From NCBI GenBank assembly GCA_965541615.1, contig CBEUCJ010000001.1:131754-195753 (forward strand): DNA of 64,000 nucleotides, given 5' to 3'. This DNA comes from an uncultured bacterium. Its GTDB lineage: Bacteria > Omnitrophota > Gorgyraeia > Duberdicusellales > CBEUCJ01. Positions 20,040 to 29,854 of this stretch are shown piece by piece. The notes beneath the pieces were generated by a model. The model was not told the DNA's origin, did no database searches, and saw nothing but the letters and a program-made list of their open reading frames with translations. Within the stretch, counting starts at the first letter, position 1. The number at the start of each line of letters is the position of its first letter. Position numbers and translations under genes: made by a program.

Positions 20040-21210
20040 AACGATAGCTGAAATAAATGAGAAGATAAAAAAAGGTAAAGTAGTAGTAGTTACAGCAGAA
20101 GAGATGAAAGAGATTGTGAGAAAGAAAGGTGAAAAAAAAGCTGCAGATTATGTGGATGTAGTGACTACTGCTACTTTTGGTCCTATGTGTTCTTCAGGTG
20201 CTTATTTAAATCTCCCAAATACTGCTCCAAAGATTAAATTAGGAGGAGGTAAAGTCTACATTAATGGAGTACCTGCTTATGCAGGATGGGCAGCTTATGA
20301 TATTTACATAGGAGCTACAGCTTTACCAGAAGATGACCCTCGAAATAAAATTTATCCTGGAGAATTTAAGTATGGAGGAGGTCATGTAATAGAGGATTTG
20401 GTAAGGGGAAAAGATTTAAGATTAGAAGCTAAAGCCTATGGAACAGATTGTTATCCTCAAAAAAGGTTAGATATTACTATTAATATTAAAACTATCCCTC
20501 AAGCAATTTTATTTAATCCAAGGAATGCTTATCAAAATTATAATGTGGCTGTAAATTTATCTAACAAGATTATTTATACTTACATGGGAGTTTTAAAACC
20601 AAATCTGGGCAATGCAAATTACTGTAGTGCAGGTCAACTCTCTCCCCTTTTGAACGATCCTTTTTATAAGACTATAGGAATAGGCACAAAAGTATTTTTA
20701 GGAGGAGGAATAGGTTTTGTATGTTGGTCAGGAACACAACACAACCCTAATGTAGAAAGGACCCAGAGAGGAGTGCCTACTCAGCCTGCAGGTACTTTAG
20801 CTTTAATAGGAGATTTAAAGCAGATGTCTCATGAATTTTTAAGGGGAGTGAGTATTTTAGGTTATGGAGTAAGTTTGAGTGTAGGAATAGGTGTGCCTAT
20901 TCCTATATTAAATGAAGAGATGGCTTTTTATACCTCAGTAAGAGATGAGGAAATTTTTGCTCCTGTAATAGATTACAGTAAAGATTATCCTGAATCTACA
21001 GGCAGAATAATAGCAAAGGTAAGCTATGCAGATTTAAGGAAAGGTAAGATTAAAATTTTAAATAAAGAAGTCCCCACAGCAAGTTTGTCCAGTTATGCAA
21101 AAGCTCGCCAGATAGCTCAAATTTTAAAATCTTGGATAAAAGAAAAAAAATTCTTTTTAACCGAACCTGTCTCGCCTTTACCTTTTTCACAAAATTACAA
21201 GGATGATTAA
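20032..21210 (+). CDS. L-aspartate semialdehyde sulfurtransferase (DUF39/MA1821-type homocysteine synthase)
   Basis: KTIAEINEKI..G..VV.TAEE, VDVVTT.TFGPMCSSG, YGGGHVIEDL, NPRNAYQNY, GTQHNP; no CBS tail. Confidence 0.9.
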   Translation: MAKTIAEINEKIKKGKVVVVTAEEMKEIVRKKGEKKAADYVDVVTTATFGPMCSSGAYLNLPNTAPKIKLGGGKVYINGVPAYAGWAAYDIYIGATALPEDDPRNKIYPGEFKYGGGHVIEDLVRGKDLRLEAKAYGTDCYPQKRLDITINIKTIPQAILFNPRNAYQNYNVAVNLSNKIIYTYMGVLKPNLGNANYCSAGQLSPLLNDPFYKTIGIGTKVFLGGGIGFVCWSGTQHNPNVERTQRGVPTQPAGTLALIGDLKQMSHEFLRGVSILGYGVSLSVGIGVPIPILNEEMAFYTSVRDEEIFAPVIDYSKDYPESTGRIIAKVSYADLRKGKIKILNKEVPTASLSSYAKARQIAQILKSWIKEKKFFLTEPVSPLPFSQNYKDD

Positions 21211-22219
21211 AACCTTAAACGATGTATTAGTTTGGTTAAGAGAAGATAAATATGAGAATTTGATATTTTTATTTAAAGAAGCTGACAGATGTAGAAAGGA
21301 ATTCGTTGGAGATAAAGTCCATTTAAGAGGACTTATAGAATTTTCAAATTATTGTATAAGAAACTGCCTTTACTGTGGTTTAAGAAGAGAGAATACTAAA
21401 TTAAAACGCTATCGTATGGAAATTAAAGAGATTTTCAAACAAGTTAAACTCATCCAAAAATTGGGTTTTAAAACAGTAGTCCTTCAATCTGGAGAGGACC
21501 CTTATTATAGAATAAAAGATCTATGTAGACTTATAGAAAAAATTAAGAAAAAATTAAACTTAGCTGTAGCTTTATGTATAGGAGAAAGAAGTTTTAGAGA
21601 TTATAAAGATTTGAAAGAGGCAGGAGCTGATAGATACCTTCTTAAGTTTGAGACTTCAGATTACAAGCTTTATAAAAAATTAAAGCCAGACAGTTCTTAT
21701 AAGAATAGATTTAGATGTTTAGAATATCTTAGGAGATTAGATTTTCAAACTGGTTCAGGGAACATAGTGGGTTTACCTTTTCAATCTTTGGAGAGTTTAG
21801 CACAAGATATTATGTTATTTAAAGAGTTAGATTTAGACATGATAGGGATAGGACCTTTTATACCCCATCCCAATACACCTTTAAGAGAATTTTCTTCTCC
21901 AAAATTAGAATTAGTTTTAAAAGTTATAGCTTTGACAAGACTTATAACTAAAATTACTCATATTCCAGCTACGACTGCTATGGGTACACTTTATAACAGA
22001 GGAAGAGAAAAAGCTTTAGAATGTGGAGCAAATGTGATAATGCCAAATGTAACTCCTCAAAAATATAAAAAATATTATCAAATATACCCCAATAAAGTCT
22101 GTGTTAAAGAGAATCCGAAAGAATTTAAAATTTATATTGAAAAATTTCTTGCTTCTATAGGAAGAAAGATTGCCACTGATTTTGGGCATAGTTTAAGAAA
22201 GAATCTGGTATTTTTTTAA
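21203..22219 (+). CDS. hydE: HydE-like radical SAM protein (BioB/HydE family)
   Basis: RGLIEFSNYC..NC.YC, VLQSGED, GIGPFIPHP.TP, PATTA, GANVIMPN, YQIYPNK. Confidence 0.8.
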   Translation: MIKTLNDVLVWLREDKYENLIFLFKEADRCRKEFVGDKVHLRGLIEFSNYCIRNCLYCGLRRENTKLKRYRMEIKEIFKQVKLIQKLGFKTVVLQSGEDPYYRIKDLCRLIEKIKKKLNLAVALCIGERSFRDYKDLKEAGADRYLLKFETSDYKLYKKLKPDSSYKNRFRCLEYLRRLDFQTGSGNIVGLPFQSLESLAQDIMLFKELDLDMIGIGPFIPHPNTPLREFSSPKLELVLKVIALTRLITKITHIPATTAMGTLYNRGREKALECGANVIMPNVTPQKYKKYYQIYPNKVCVKENPKEFKIYIEKFLASIGRKIATDFGHSLRKNLVFF

Positions 22220-22229
22220 ACTGATTAAA

Positions 22230-23264
22230 ATGAAAAAAAGAGTAGGAGTAGCAATAAGTGGAGGCATAGATTCAGCTGTGGCAGCTTTTTTGCTTAAAAA
22301 AGCAGGTTTTGAAGTGGTAGGTTTTACAATGTATTTAGGTATAAACAACTTTAAATCCCATAGTATAGAAGATGCAAAGAAAGTATGTGAGAAGTTAGAG
22401 ATACCTCATTATGTTTTAGATTTATCAAATGAATTAGAAGAGATAGTAATAAAAAGGTTTATTAATGAATACTTAGAAGCAAAAACCCCTAACCCTTGTG
22501 TAGAATGTAATAGGTTTATAAAATTTGGAGTTTTTTTAGAAAGAGTGCTTTCAGCAGGATGTGATTTTTTTGCTACAGGTCATTATGCAAAGATAAAAAA
22601 AGTTGGAGATGATTTCTTATTGAAGAAATCTAAAGATAAAACAAGAGACCAAACTTACTTTCTTTATTCTATAGACAAAGAGAAATTTAAGTATATAATC
22701 TTTCCTTTAGGTAATTTTACTAAAGAAAGAGTGAAAAAAATAGCTCAAAAATATAAACTGTGTGAAAATCTAAATTCTGAAAGTCGTGATATTTGTTTTG
22801 TACCTCAAGGTGATTACAGAAAATTTATTTTAGAAAGAGTAAAAGAAATAAAACCTGGTCCTATTTTTGATTTGGAAGGTAATTTTTTAGGGATGCATAA
22901 AGGGATAGTTTTTTATACAGTAGGTCAAAAAGAAGGTTTAGGGCTAATAACAAATAAACCTTTATATGTAATAAATATAGATGCTAAGAAAAATCAAATA
23001 ATAGTGGGAGAAAGAGAGTTTTTAAAAGCAAAAGGTTTGGTAGCTGGTAGAGTAAATATTTTAGTAAAAAGATTACCTCCAGAAGCTGAGGCCAAAATCA
23101 GATACTCTCATAAACCTGCTAAATGTAGAGTTTTTTTAGAAAATGGTAAATTAAAAATAATATTTTATGAAAAACAAGAAGCTATTACTCCTGGGCAGTC
23201 TGTAGTTCTTTATCAAAAAGATGTGGTTATTGGAGGAGGGATTATTGAGGAGGTTTTAAATTGA
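22230..23264 (+). CDS. mnmA: tRNA 2-thiouridine(34) synthase MnmA, CxxC (C-type)
   Basis: SGGIDS, TPNPCVECN, ATGHYA, DQTYFL, ES.DICF, TPGQS. Confidence 0.95.
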   Translation: MKKRVGVAISGGIDSAVAAFLLKKAGFEVVGFTMYLGINNFKSHSIEDAKKVCEKLEIPHYVLDLSNELEEIVIKRFINEYLEAKTPNPCVECNRFIKFGVFLERVLSAGCDFFATGHYAKIKKVGDDFLLKKSKDKTRDQTYFLYSIDKEKFKYIIFPLGNFTKERVKKIAQKYKLCENLNSESRDICFVPQGDYRKFILERVKEIKPGPIFDLEGNFLGMHKGIVFYTVGQKEGLGLITNKPLYVINIDAKKNQIIVGEREFLKAKGLVAGRVNILVKRLPPEAEAKIRYSHKPAKCRVFLENGKLKIIFYEKQEAITPGQSVVLYQKDVVIGGGIIEEVLN

Positions 23265-24163
23265 ATATTCAAAAAGAGATCGAAAAGCTAAAAAAGGAAA
23301 AAAATGCTATAATTTTAGCTCATAATTATCAATTGCCTGAAATTCAAGATATAGCAGATTTTGTAGGCGATTCCTTAAATTTAAGCATTAAAGCTAAAGA
23401 CACAAAAGCTCAAATTATAATTTTTTGTGGAGTCCACTTTATGGCTGAGACTGCCAAAATCTTATCACCACAAAAGAAAGTTTTAATTCCTGTTAAAGAA
23501 GCAGGGTGTAGCTTAGCTGATAACATTACTGTCCAACAGATAAATAAATTAAAGAAAAAGCATCCTAATGCAAAGGTTTTATGTTATGTTAATACCACAG
23601 CTAAGATAAAAGCAAAGAGCAATGTAGTATGTACTTCAGCTAATGCTGTTGAGGTAACAGAAAAAGTTTTAAAAGATGAAGAGGTAATTTTTATTCCTGA
23701 TAAATATTTAGGTTTATATACGATGAGAAAGACAAATAAAAAATTTATATTGCATTCAGGTTACTGTCCTGTCCATGTGAGTATAAGAAAAGAAGATATA
23801 GAAAGACAGAAAAAACTCCATCCAAAAGCTAAAATCTTAGCGCATCCAGAATGTTTACCTGAAGTAATAGATTTAGCAGATAAAGTCTTATCTACAGAAG
23901 GAATGTGCAGGTACGCTAAAAAAACTAAATTTCAAGAGATGATAATAGCTACAGAAATAGGGATCTTACATAGATTGAGAAAAGAAAATCCTAAGAAAAA
24001 GTTTTATCCTGCTTCAAAAACAGCAGTATGTCCTTTCATGAAGGTCATAAGATTAAAGGATGTTTTAGACTCATTAAAATATGAAAGGTATCCTGTTGAG
24101 GTACCTCTCTCTGTAAGGTTAGGTGCTTATAGAGCTATTCAAGAGATGTTAAAAGTAAGCTAA
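23261..24163 (+). CDS. nadA: Quinolinate synthase A
   Basis: LAHNYQ, GDSL, CGVHFMAETAK, AGCSLA, GYCPVH, AHPEC, CPFMK. Confidence 0.96.
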   Translation: MNIQKEIEKLKKEKNAIILAHNYQLPEIQDIADFVGDSLNLSIKAKDTKAQIIIFCGVHFMAETAKILSPQKKVLIPVKEAGCSLADNITVQQINKLKKKHPNAKVLCYVNTTAKIKAKSNVVCTSANAVEVTEKVLKDEEVIFIPDKYLGLYTMRKTNKKFILHSGYCPVHVSIRKEDIERQKKLHPKAKILAHPECLPEVIDLADKVLSTEGMCRYAKKTKFQEMIIATEIGILHRLRKENPKKKFYPASKTAVCPFMKVIRLKDVLDSLKYERYPVEVPLSVRLGAYRAIQEMLKVS

Positions 24164-24179
24164 ATCGTTACTCAAACTT

Positions 24180-24899
24180 ATGTTAAGAGTAGAAAATTTA
24201 TATGTAGAGGTTGGAGGCAAAACAGTAGTTAAAGACGTGCAGCTTTTTATTAAAGAGAATGAAGTAGTAGTTCTATTTGGTCCAAATGGAAGTGGGAAGA
24301 CAAGTTTGGTAAAAGCTATAATGGGGTTTGGTGGTTATTCGATAAAGAAAGGTAGAATTCTATTTAAAAATAAAGATGTAACTTTTATTCCAATAGAAGA
24401 AAGAGTCAAATTAGGTATAGGTCTAATGCCTCAACATCCTCCGAAAGTAAGAGGTGTAAAATTAATTCAGTTAGCTGAATTTTTATGTAATGATAGAGAA
24501 AGGATTAAAAATTTAGCAGAAAGCTTTCTTTTACAAGACCTTTTATACAGGGATGTAAATGTAGATTTTTCAGGAGGTGAGATTAAAAGATCAGAATTAT
24601 TCCAACTCTTTCTTCAAAACCCTGACCTTTTACTTTTAGATGAACCTGAATCAGGAGTAGATATTGAGAATATATCTATAATGGGTAAGATGTTGAGAAA
24701 ATATTTAGAAAATAAAGGAAAATCAGCTCTTATAATTACACATACTGGTTACATTTTAGATTACGTACCTGCTCATAAAGGATACGTGATGATAGAAGGT
24801 AGCCTACATTGTGTAGGTTCACCTAAGGAAATATTTAAAAGAATAAAAGAAGTTGGTTATGAAAAATGTAAGGAGTGTAAATGGCAAATGAAAAAATAA
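24180..24899 (+). CDS. sufC: Fe-S assembly ABC ATPase SufC/SmsC
   Basis: GPNGSGKT, FSGGEIKRSE, LLDEPESGVD, ITHTG, C-terminal GYEKCKEC. Confidence 0.88.
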   Translation: MLRVENLYVEVGGKTVVKDVQLFIKENEVVVLFGPNGSGKTSLVKAIMGFGGYSIKKGRILFKNKDVTFIPIEERVKLGIGLMPQHPPKVRGVKLIQLAEFLCNDRERIKNLAESFLLQDLLYRDVNVDFSGGEIKRSELFQLFLQNPDLLLLDEPESGVDIENISIMGKMLRKYLENKGKSALIITHTGYILDYVPAHKGYVMIEGSLHCVGSPKEIFKRIKEVGYEKCKECKWQMKK

Positions 24900-25978
24900 A
24901 GGAAATTTTAAAAGAAGATTTTGAAGCGTTAACTTCTTCTGGTATAGAATTTACTAAAGAAAAACATTCAGCAAATTTTTTTCAACAAGATGATGAAGTT
25001 TTATTTTCTAAAAGTTTTTTGGAAGGAGTAGAGATATTAGACATAAAAAAAGCTTTAAAAGATTCAGAGGTAAAAAATTATTTAGGAAAAGGTTTTAAAA
25101 TTTTAAATAAAAACCACCCTACAGATATTTGTGGAGGTTATTTTATAAGAGTGAAAAAATCTAACACTGTAGAGATTCCTATTCAAGCATGTCTTTTTTT
25201 AAAAAAGAGAGGTTTTAAACAAAAAGTTCACAATATAGTAATAGTAGAAGAAGATGCTAAAGTTTATATTATTACAGGATGTGTAGCTTCCCAAAGTTCT
25301 AAAGAAAGTTTTCATTTGGGAATCTCTGAATTTTTTATTAAAAAAGGAGGTTATTTAAACTTTACAATGATCCACTCTTGGCATAAGGATGTGAAGGTAA
25401 GACCAATGAGTGTAGCTGTTGTAGAAGAAGGAGGAAATTTTGTTTCAAATTATATATGTTTGAAACCTGTAAAAGAAGTGGTTATGTATCCTATAGCTGT
25501 GTTAAAAGGTAGAAATTCTAAAGCAAGTTTTAATTCTTTAATAATGTCTCATTCAGATTCTTATCAGGATATAGGAGCAAGAGTTATTCTAAAAGAGGCT
25601 AATACTCAGGCAGAGATTATCTCAAGGAGTGTGAGTTTAGGGGGTAAGATTGTTGTGAGAGGTCATCTAAAAGCAGAAAGTAAAGATGTAAAAGCTCATT
25701 TAGAATGTAGAGGTTTGGTCTTTTCAGATAAAGGGAGTATACATGCTATTCCTGAGTTAGAGACACACTTTAAAGATGTAAATCTTTCTCATGAAGCTGC
25801 TATTGGAAAGATAAGCAGAGATGAGATAGAATATTTAAGGTCTAAAGGATTTAATGAAAAGCAAGCCCAATCTTTAATTATAAGAGGTTTTATGGACGTA
25901 GATATTTTAGGCTTGCCAGAATCTTTAAAAAAAGAGATTAAAAATATAGAAGAAAATATTCTAAAAGAGAGTTTTTGA
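24881..25978 (+). CDS. sufB: Fe-S scaffold SufB/SmsB family
   Basis: PIQAC, VHN, ITGC, HLECRGL, PEL, LSHEAAIGKI, EIEYL..KG...IIRGF. Confidence 0.88.
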   Translation: MANEKIKEILKEDFEALTSSGIEFTKEKHSANFFQQDDEVLFSKSFLEGVEILDIKKALKDSEVKNYLGKGFKILNKNHPTDICGGYFIRVKKSNTVEIPIQACLFLKKRGFKQKVHNIVIVEEDAKVYIITGCVASQSSKESFHLGISEFFIKKGGYLNFTMIHSWHKDVKVRPMSVAVVEEGGNFVSNYICLKPVKEVVMYPIAVLKGRNSKASFNSLIMSHSDSYQDIGARVILKEANTQAEIISRSVSLGGKIVVRGHLKAESKDVKAHLECRGLVFSDKGSIHAIPELETHFKDVNLSHEAAIGKISRDEIEYLRSKGFNEKQAQSLIIRGFMDVDILGLPESLKKEIKNIEENILKESF

Positions 25979-26841
25979 ATTTAAAGATGTCAAAAATATT
26001 TAAAAAGATTAGTTTTATCTTATCCTTTTTAATATGTATTAACGTATCTTCACAGGTTAAAGATTCAAAGTTAAAAGAGTTACGTATGCAAATAGTTCTT
26101 TACAATTTAGTAAAGAATCTTTATCTCACTAAAGAACAAGCAGAATTTTTATTAGAAAAAGCTAAAGTAGCCAAAAATTTAAAGGAAGATTTTGAAGAAA
26201 AGTTTAAAGAGATATTTTCTCAACAGAAGCAAATTTTGAGTGATTTGAAAGAAATATTGAAAGAGGAAAGCGGAGTAATTCCTCAAAAACTTAAAAAAGA
26301 GTTGCATAAAACCGAGTATGAGCTAAAAAAGCTTCGCAAAGAATATATTCAAAAATTAGATGAAATAGTTAAAGAGGTAAAATCTAAGCTCTCAGATTCT
26401 CAAATTTACATAATTGAAAATTTTAAACCCTGTCTCATTCCTCCAAAAAGTTCTAAATTAATAGGCCAAGCTTTTTCTTCAAAAAGGTTAGAAAAAAAGT
26501 TAGAGTTTTTAAGAAAACTTCCTTGTCAAGAATACATATTTAAAAGAGATAGATTTATAGAGAATTTTTTAAATCATATTTTGTTGAGATTTCCGAAAAT
26601 AGAAGAAAAGAAATTAGAAGAGATTAGGGAGAATTTAGTTGAAATTTTAGATAAAATGAGAGAATTGTCAGATATAGATTTCTCACTTCAAAAAGAGCAA
26701 ATATTAGAGGAAATAAAAAATATTTTTTCTCCTAAATTTTCTTTCAAAGAAAAAAACATAGATGACAAAATACTCCATTTTTTACTTAATCCTCAAATAA
26801 TACCTATTTTGGAGGAGATTTTGGAAACCACAAATTTTTGA
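25975..26841 (+). CDS. Hypothetical exported, mostly helical protein
   Basis: Signal-peptide-like N-terminus followed by charged helical sequence. Confidence 0.65.
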   Translation: MNLKMSKIFKKISFILSFLICINVSSQVKDSKLKELRMQIVLYNLVKNLYLTKEQAEFLLEKAKVAKNLKEDFEEKFKEIFSQQKQILSDLKEILKEESGVIPQKLKKELHKTEYELKKLRKEYIQKLDEIVKEVKSKLSDSQIYIIENFKPCLIPPKSSKLIGQAFSSKRLEKKLEFLRKLPCQEYIFKRDRFIENFLNHILLRFPKIEEKKLEEIRENLVEILDKMRELSDIDFSLQKEQILEEIKNIFSPKFSFKEKNIDDKILHFLLNPQIIPILEEILETTNF

Positions 26842-26984
26842 AAATTTTACTTATAGTAGAGAGCCACATAATTTTATTTTTTCTTCTCAACACATAGATT
26901 CCAAAGTAAGATAAAGATAGTTTATTATTTAGAAAAATTGGATTGAGAGGTTTATGTGCATTCTAAAAGTAGAGATAGGTTAAT

Positions 26985-27443
26985 TTATTCTAATACATCT
27001 CCAAAGGTACTATTACAACCAGCAGTAGAGGTTACAGCTGAGTTTGGATCAGTATATCTTATTATTCCACTTTCGTCCACACAGAAGGAACGTCTACCCG
27101 TTATTCCGTAAGATTGAGGGTAAGCTATAGCTATAAAGGTATTTGTACTACCTGTAAGATTAAAATAGTACCCTCGTTTTAAACAAACTGGATCGCTACA
27201 TCCCAAGATACTATCAATATAAGGAGGGGTCACACTACCTAGTATATTCAAATCACTAGGGAAAGTAGGATGTACTGCTTTATAAGCTTGAGCTGCAGAG
27301 GAGATGAGGCGTAAAGAAGCAATTGCAATAGCTTCATTGGTGTTTAGTCTTGTGCGTAATAAATTGAAAATGACTAAAGCTGCTAATGAGGTAATGATGA
27401 CTACTACAATCATAATTTCTACTAAAGTAAAACCTTTTTTCAT
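26985..27443 (-). CDS. Type IV pilin / pseudopilin
   Basis: Class III signal peptide MKKG|FTLVEIMIVVVII (Glu5); GYYF..A.A.P..YG.TGRRSFCVD.SG; four Cys. Confidence 0.9.
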   Translation of the reverse strand: MKKGFTLVEIMIVVVIITSLAALVIFNLLRTRLNTNEAIAIASLRLISSAAQAYKAVHPTFPSDLNILGSVTPPYIDSILGCSDPVCLKRGYYFNLTGSTNTFIAIAYPQSYGITGRRSFCVDESGIIRYTDPNSAVTSTAGCNSTFGDVLE

Positions 27444-27477
27444 TTTTGATTATTTTTTTATTTTTTAATTCTCTTAA

Positions 27478-27506
27478 AATTTATCGCTGAAAATTTAGAA
27501 TGTCAA
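27478..27506 (-). promoter_or_regulatory. Sigma70-type promoter of the pilin gene
   Basis: Minus strand TTGACA-17 nt-TAAATT. Confidence 0.55.
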
Positions 27507-27519
27507 GCTATAGTTTTTA

Positions 27520-28289
27520 TAGACAGTTTAGTTAATCAATTCTTAAAGAAAACAATAACTGATGATTATCTTTTCTTGATAGTAGATGCAAATATGTAAA
27601 GATATCTCCCCAAAATAAAAGAAAAAAACCTGTAATATAGGTATAAAAGAAGACTTATCTTGCAAAATCCTTTATTATAGTATCTGCTGAAAATGAAATA
27701 AACTATACTAACTTTTTCTTTGATTTAAAAGAAAAGGGCTTAGAAGGCAAAAATCTAAAAATGCTTATCTGTGATAGTAAAAAATCAATAGAAAATGCCT
27801 TTTTGTTTGTATATCTCAACAAAGATATTCAAATATGCTCTATTCACTATGTAAGAGAGGTTTTAAGACACATAAAAAATAAAAAATAAAAAATAAAAAA
27901 TTGCCTCCTTTATAAGAAAAAAAAGACATAACAATCTTTATAAATCAAAAACAAAGAATGAGTTTTTAAATAACCTAAACACTCTCAAAAAAGAATATCG
28001 AAATAAAGAACCCTAAATTCTTTAAAATCTTACTTAAAAACATAGATAAAACCTTAACCTTCTATAACTATCCAGAAAAATACCATTCCTTAATAAAGAG
28101 TACCAATTTAATAGAGAGATTCTTGAGGGATATAGAGCAATTAACAAGATACTGGACAGGGTTTAAAGATGAAAAGAGTGCAAATAGAGTTATTTATCTA
28201 TTAGTAGAAAAGAAAGATTTAATAAAAACAATAACTCTAACTATGAAGGGTATAGCTGTATGAATTTACACAATTTTGTTGACAGTACC
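27520..28289 (+). mobile_element. IS256-family transposase pseudogene (3' part) with right terminal inverted repeat
   Basis: Broken frames give YLFLIVDA, FFDLKEKGLEGKNLKMLICD..QICSIHYVR and LTFYNYP..IKSTNLIERF; ends GAATTTACACAATTTTGTTGACAGTACC, an IS256-like end. Confidence 0.8.
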
Positions 28290-28323
28290 CTTGAAAGCGC
28301 TTTCTTGAAATTAAATTTTTAAT

Positions 28324-28920
28324 ATGCTATACTTTAATTCAATGTTAAATACCCAGATTTTAAGTTCTTTAAATTGTATAGATTTTTTAATAATTTTTTT
28401 ATCTTTGAGGATCCTTTTTATCTCCTTTAAAGAAGGTTTTTTAACTGAATTTTTAAAGACTTTAAGCGTATTTTTAAGTTTTTTGATAGGGGTGCATTTT
28501 TCTCCTATAATAGCAGAGAAGATAAAAAATAAGTTTCCTTTACGTTTAGAAGGTTTGGATAGTTTTATATTTTTAGTTATAACTGTATTGAGTTTTATAA
28601 TTTTTAGTCTTATAAGAAAGGGATCCAGAATTATTTTTAAAAGTGAAAAGGAAAAGTTAGGACTTTTAAATAGATTTTTTTCTTTAATATTAGGTAGTGT
28701 AAGAAGTTTATTTGTGGGTTGTATTGTTATTTGCATTTTTTTATTTTCAGAGATTAATTATTTAAAAAAAATAACTGAAAAAGCGTATTTTTATCCAGTT
28801 TTGATGAAATTTACAAAATCTACATATAAAGTCTTTTACAAAAAATTTATAGTAAAAATTTGGCCTCAATACCCTTTTAATGAGGAGGTAGAAAAATATG
28901 AAGTTGGAAAAGTTTTATAA
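28324..28920 (+). CDS. cvpA: CvpA (colicin V production) family membrane protein
   Basis: ID.LII.....GF..E, LNRF...ILG..R pattern; about 4 TM helices. Confidence 0.7.
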   Translation: MLYFNSMLNTQILSSLNCIDFLIIFLSLRILFISFKEGFLTEFLKTLSVFLSFLIGVHFSPIIAEKIKNKFPLRLEGLDSFIFLVITVLSFIIFSLIRKGSRIIFKSEKEKLGLLNRFFSLILGSVRSLFVGCIVICIFLFSEINYLKKITEKAYFYPVLMKFTKSTYKVFYKKFIVKIWPQYPFNEEVEKYEVGKVL

Positions 28921-29854
28921 AAAAGTAGTTGAGATAGGTATTAAAAACGACCCTCGTCCTAAAGAATTTATTGAGAAGTTATTAGAAGAGAAAAAAAAGG
29001 AATATGAAAAATTGGAAGATAAAAAGAAAGAGTTTTTTGATAAGGATAATTTTTGGAATCCATTTAGTGATACTCGTGTGTTTTTTGAGGATTTAGACAT
29101 AGAGATTAAAACTCTCATGGTAGGTATAGACATAGAAGCTCAAGAAGTTTTAGCTTTTGATAGATTAAGAAAAGAATATTCTTTAGATTTATTGATTGCA
29201 CATCATCCTGAAGGTAAAGCTTTAGCTAACTTTTATGAGGTAATGGATTTGCAGGTAGATATTTTAAAAACAGCAGGCTTTTCTTTAAGTTTAGCTGAAG
29301 ATTTGCTTTCAGAAAGAAAAAAGCAGGTAGAAAGAAAAATACTTCCTTTAAATTTTTTAAGGACTATAGATTTAGCTAAAATTTTTAAAGTTCCTTTAAT
29401 GTGCATTCATACTCCAGCAGATAACTGTGTTTACCAATTTTTAAAGAGATATTTTGAAGAAAAAAAGCCTCAGAGATTAAAAGATATTATAGAATTACTT
29501 TTAGAACTCCCTGAGTACAGAGAAGCAGAAAAAAATAATTTTGGTCCCAGAATACTAAAAGGAAACCCTAACAATAGAGTAGAGAGGATTTTTTTAGAAA
29601 TGACTGGGGGTACAGAACCTCATACTCAAATTTATCAAGAGTTAGTAAAAAAAGGATATGATACTATAGTAAGCATGCATTTATCTGAAGAACATTTTAA
29701 AAAAGCTTCAGATTCTAAATTGAACATTATAATCAGTGGACATATTTCTTCTGATACATTAGGTTTGAATCTGCTTTTTGATGAGATAGAAAAAGAAGAG
29801 CCTTTAGAATTCGTAGAAGTTTCAGGTTTTAGAAGATTTAGACACACAAAATGA
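28898..29854 (+). CDS. NIF3/YbgI-like dinuclear metal-centre protein
   Basis: VGID, AHHPEG, HTPADN, MTGGTE, MH, GHISSDTLG. Confidence 0.8.
   Translation: MKLEKFYKKVVEIGIKNDPRPKEFIEKLLEEKKKEYEKLEDKKKEFFDKDNFWNPFSDTRVFFEDLDIEIKTLMVGIDIEAQEVLAFDRLRKEYSLDLLIAHHPEGKALANFYEVMDLQVDILKTAGFSLSLAEDLLSERKKQVERKILPLNFLRTIDLAKIFKVPLMCIHTPADNCVYQFLKRYFEEKKPQRLKDIIELLLELPEYREAEKNNFGPRILKGNPNNRVERIFLEMTGGTEPHTQIYQELVKKGYDTIVSMHLSEEHFKKASDSKLNIIISGHISSDTLGLNLLFDEIEKEEPLEFVEVSGFRRFRHTK

Noticed and set aside
21203-22219. PylB or biotin synthase
   Set aside because: No pylC/D/S or bio genes nearby; motifs (YQIYPNK, PATTA) fit HydE better
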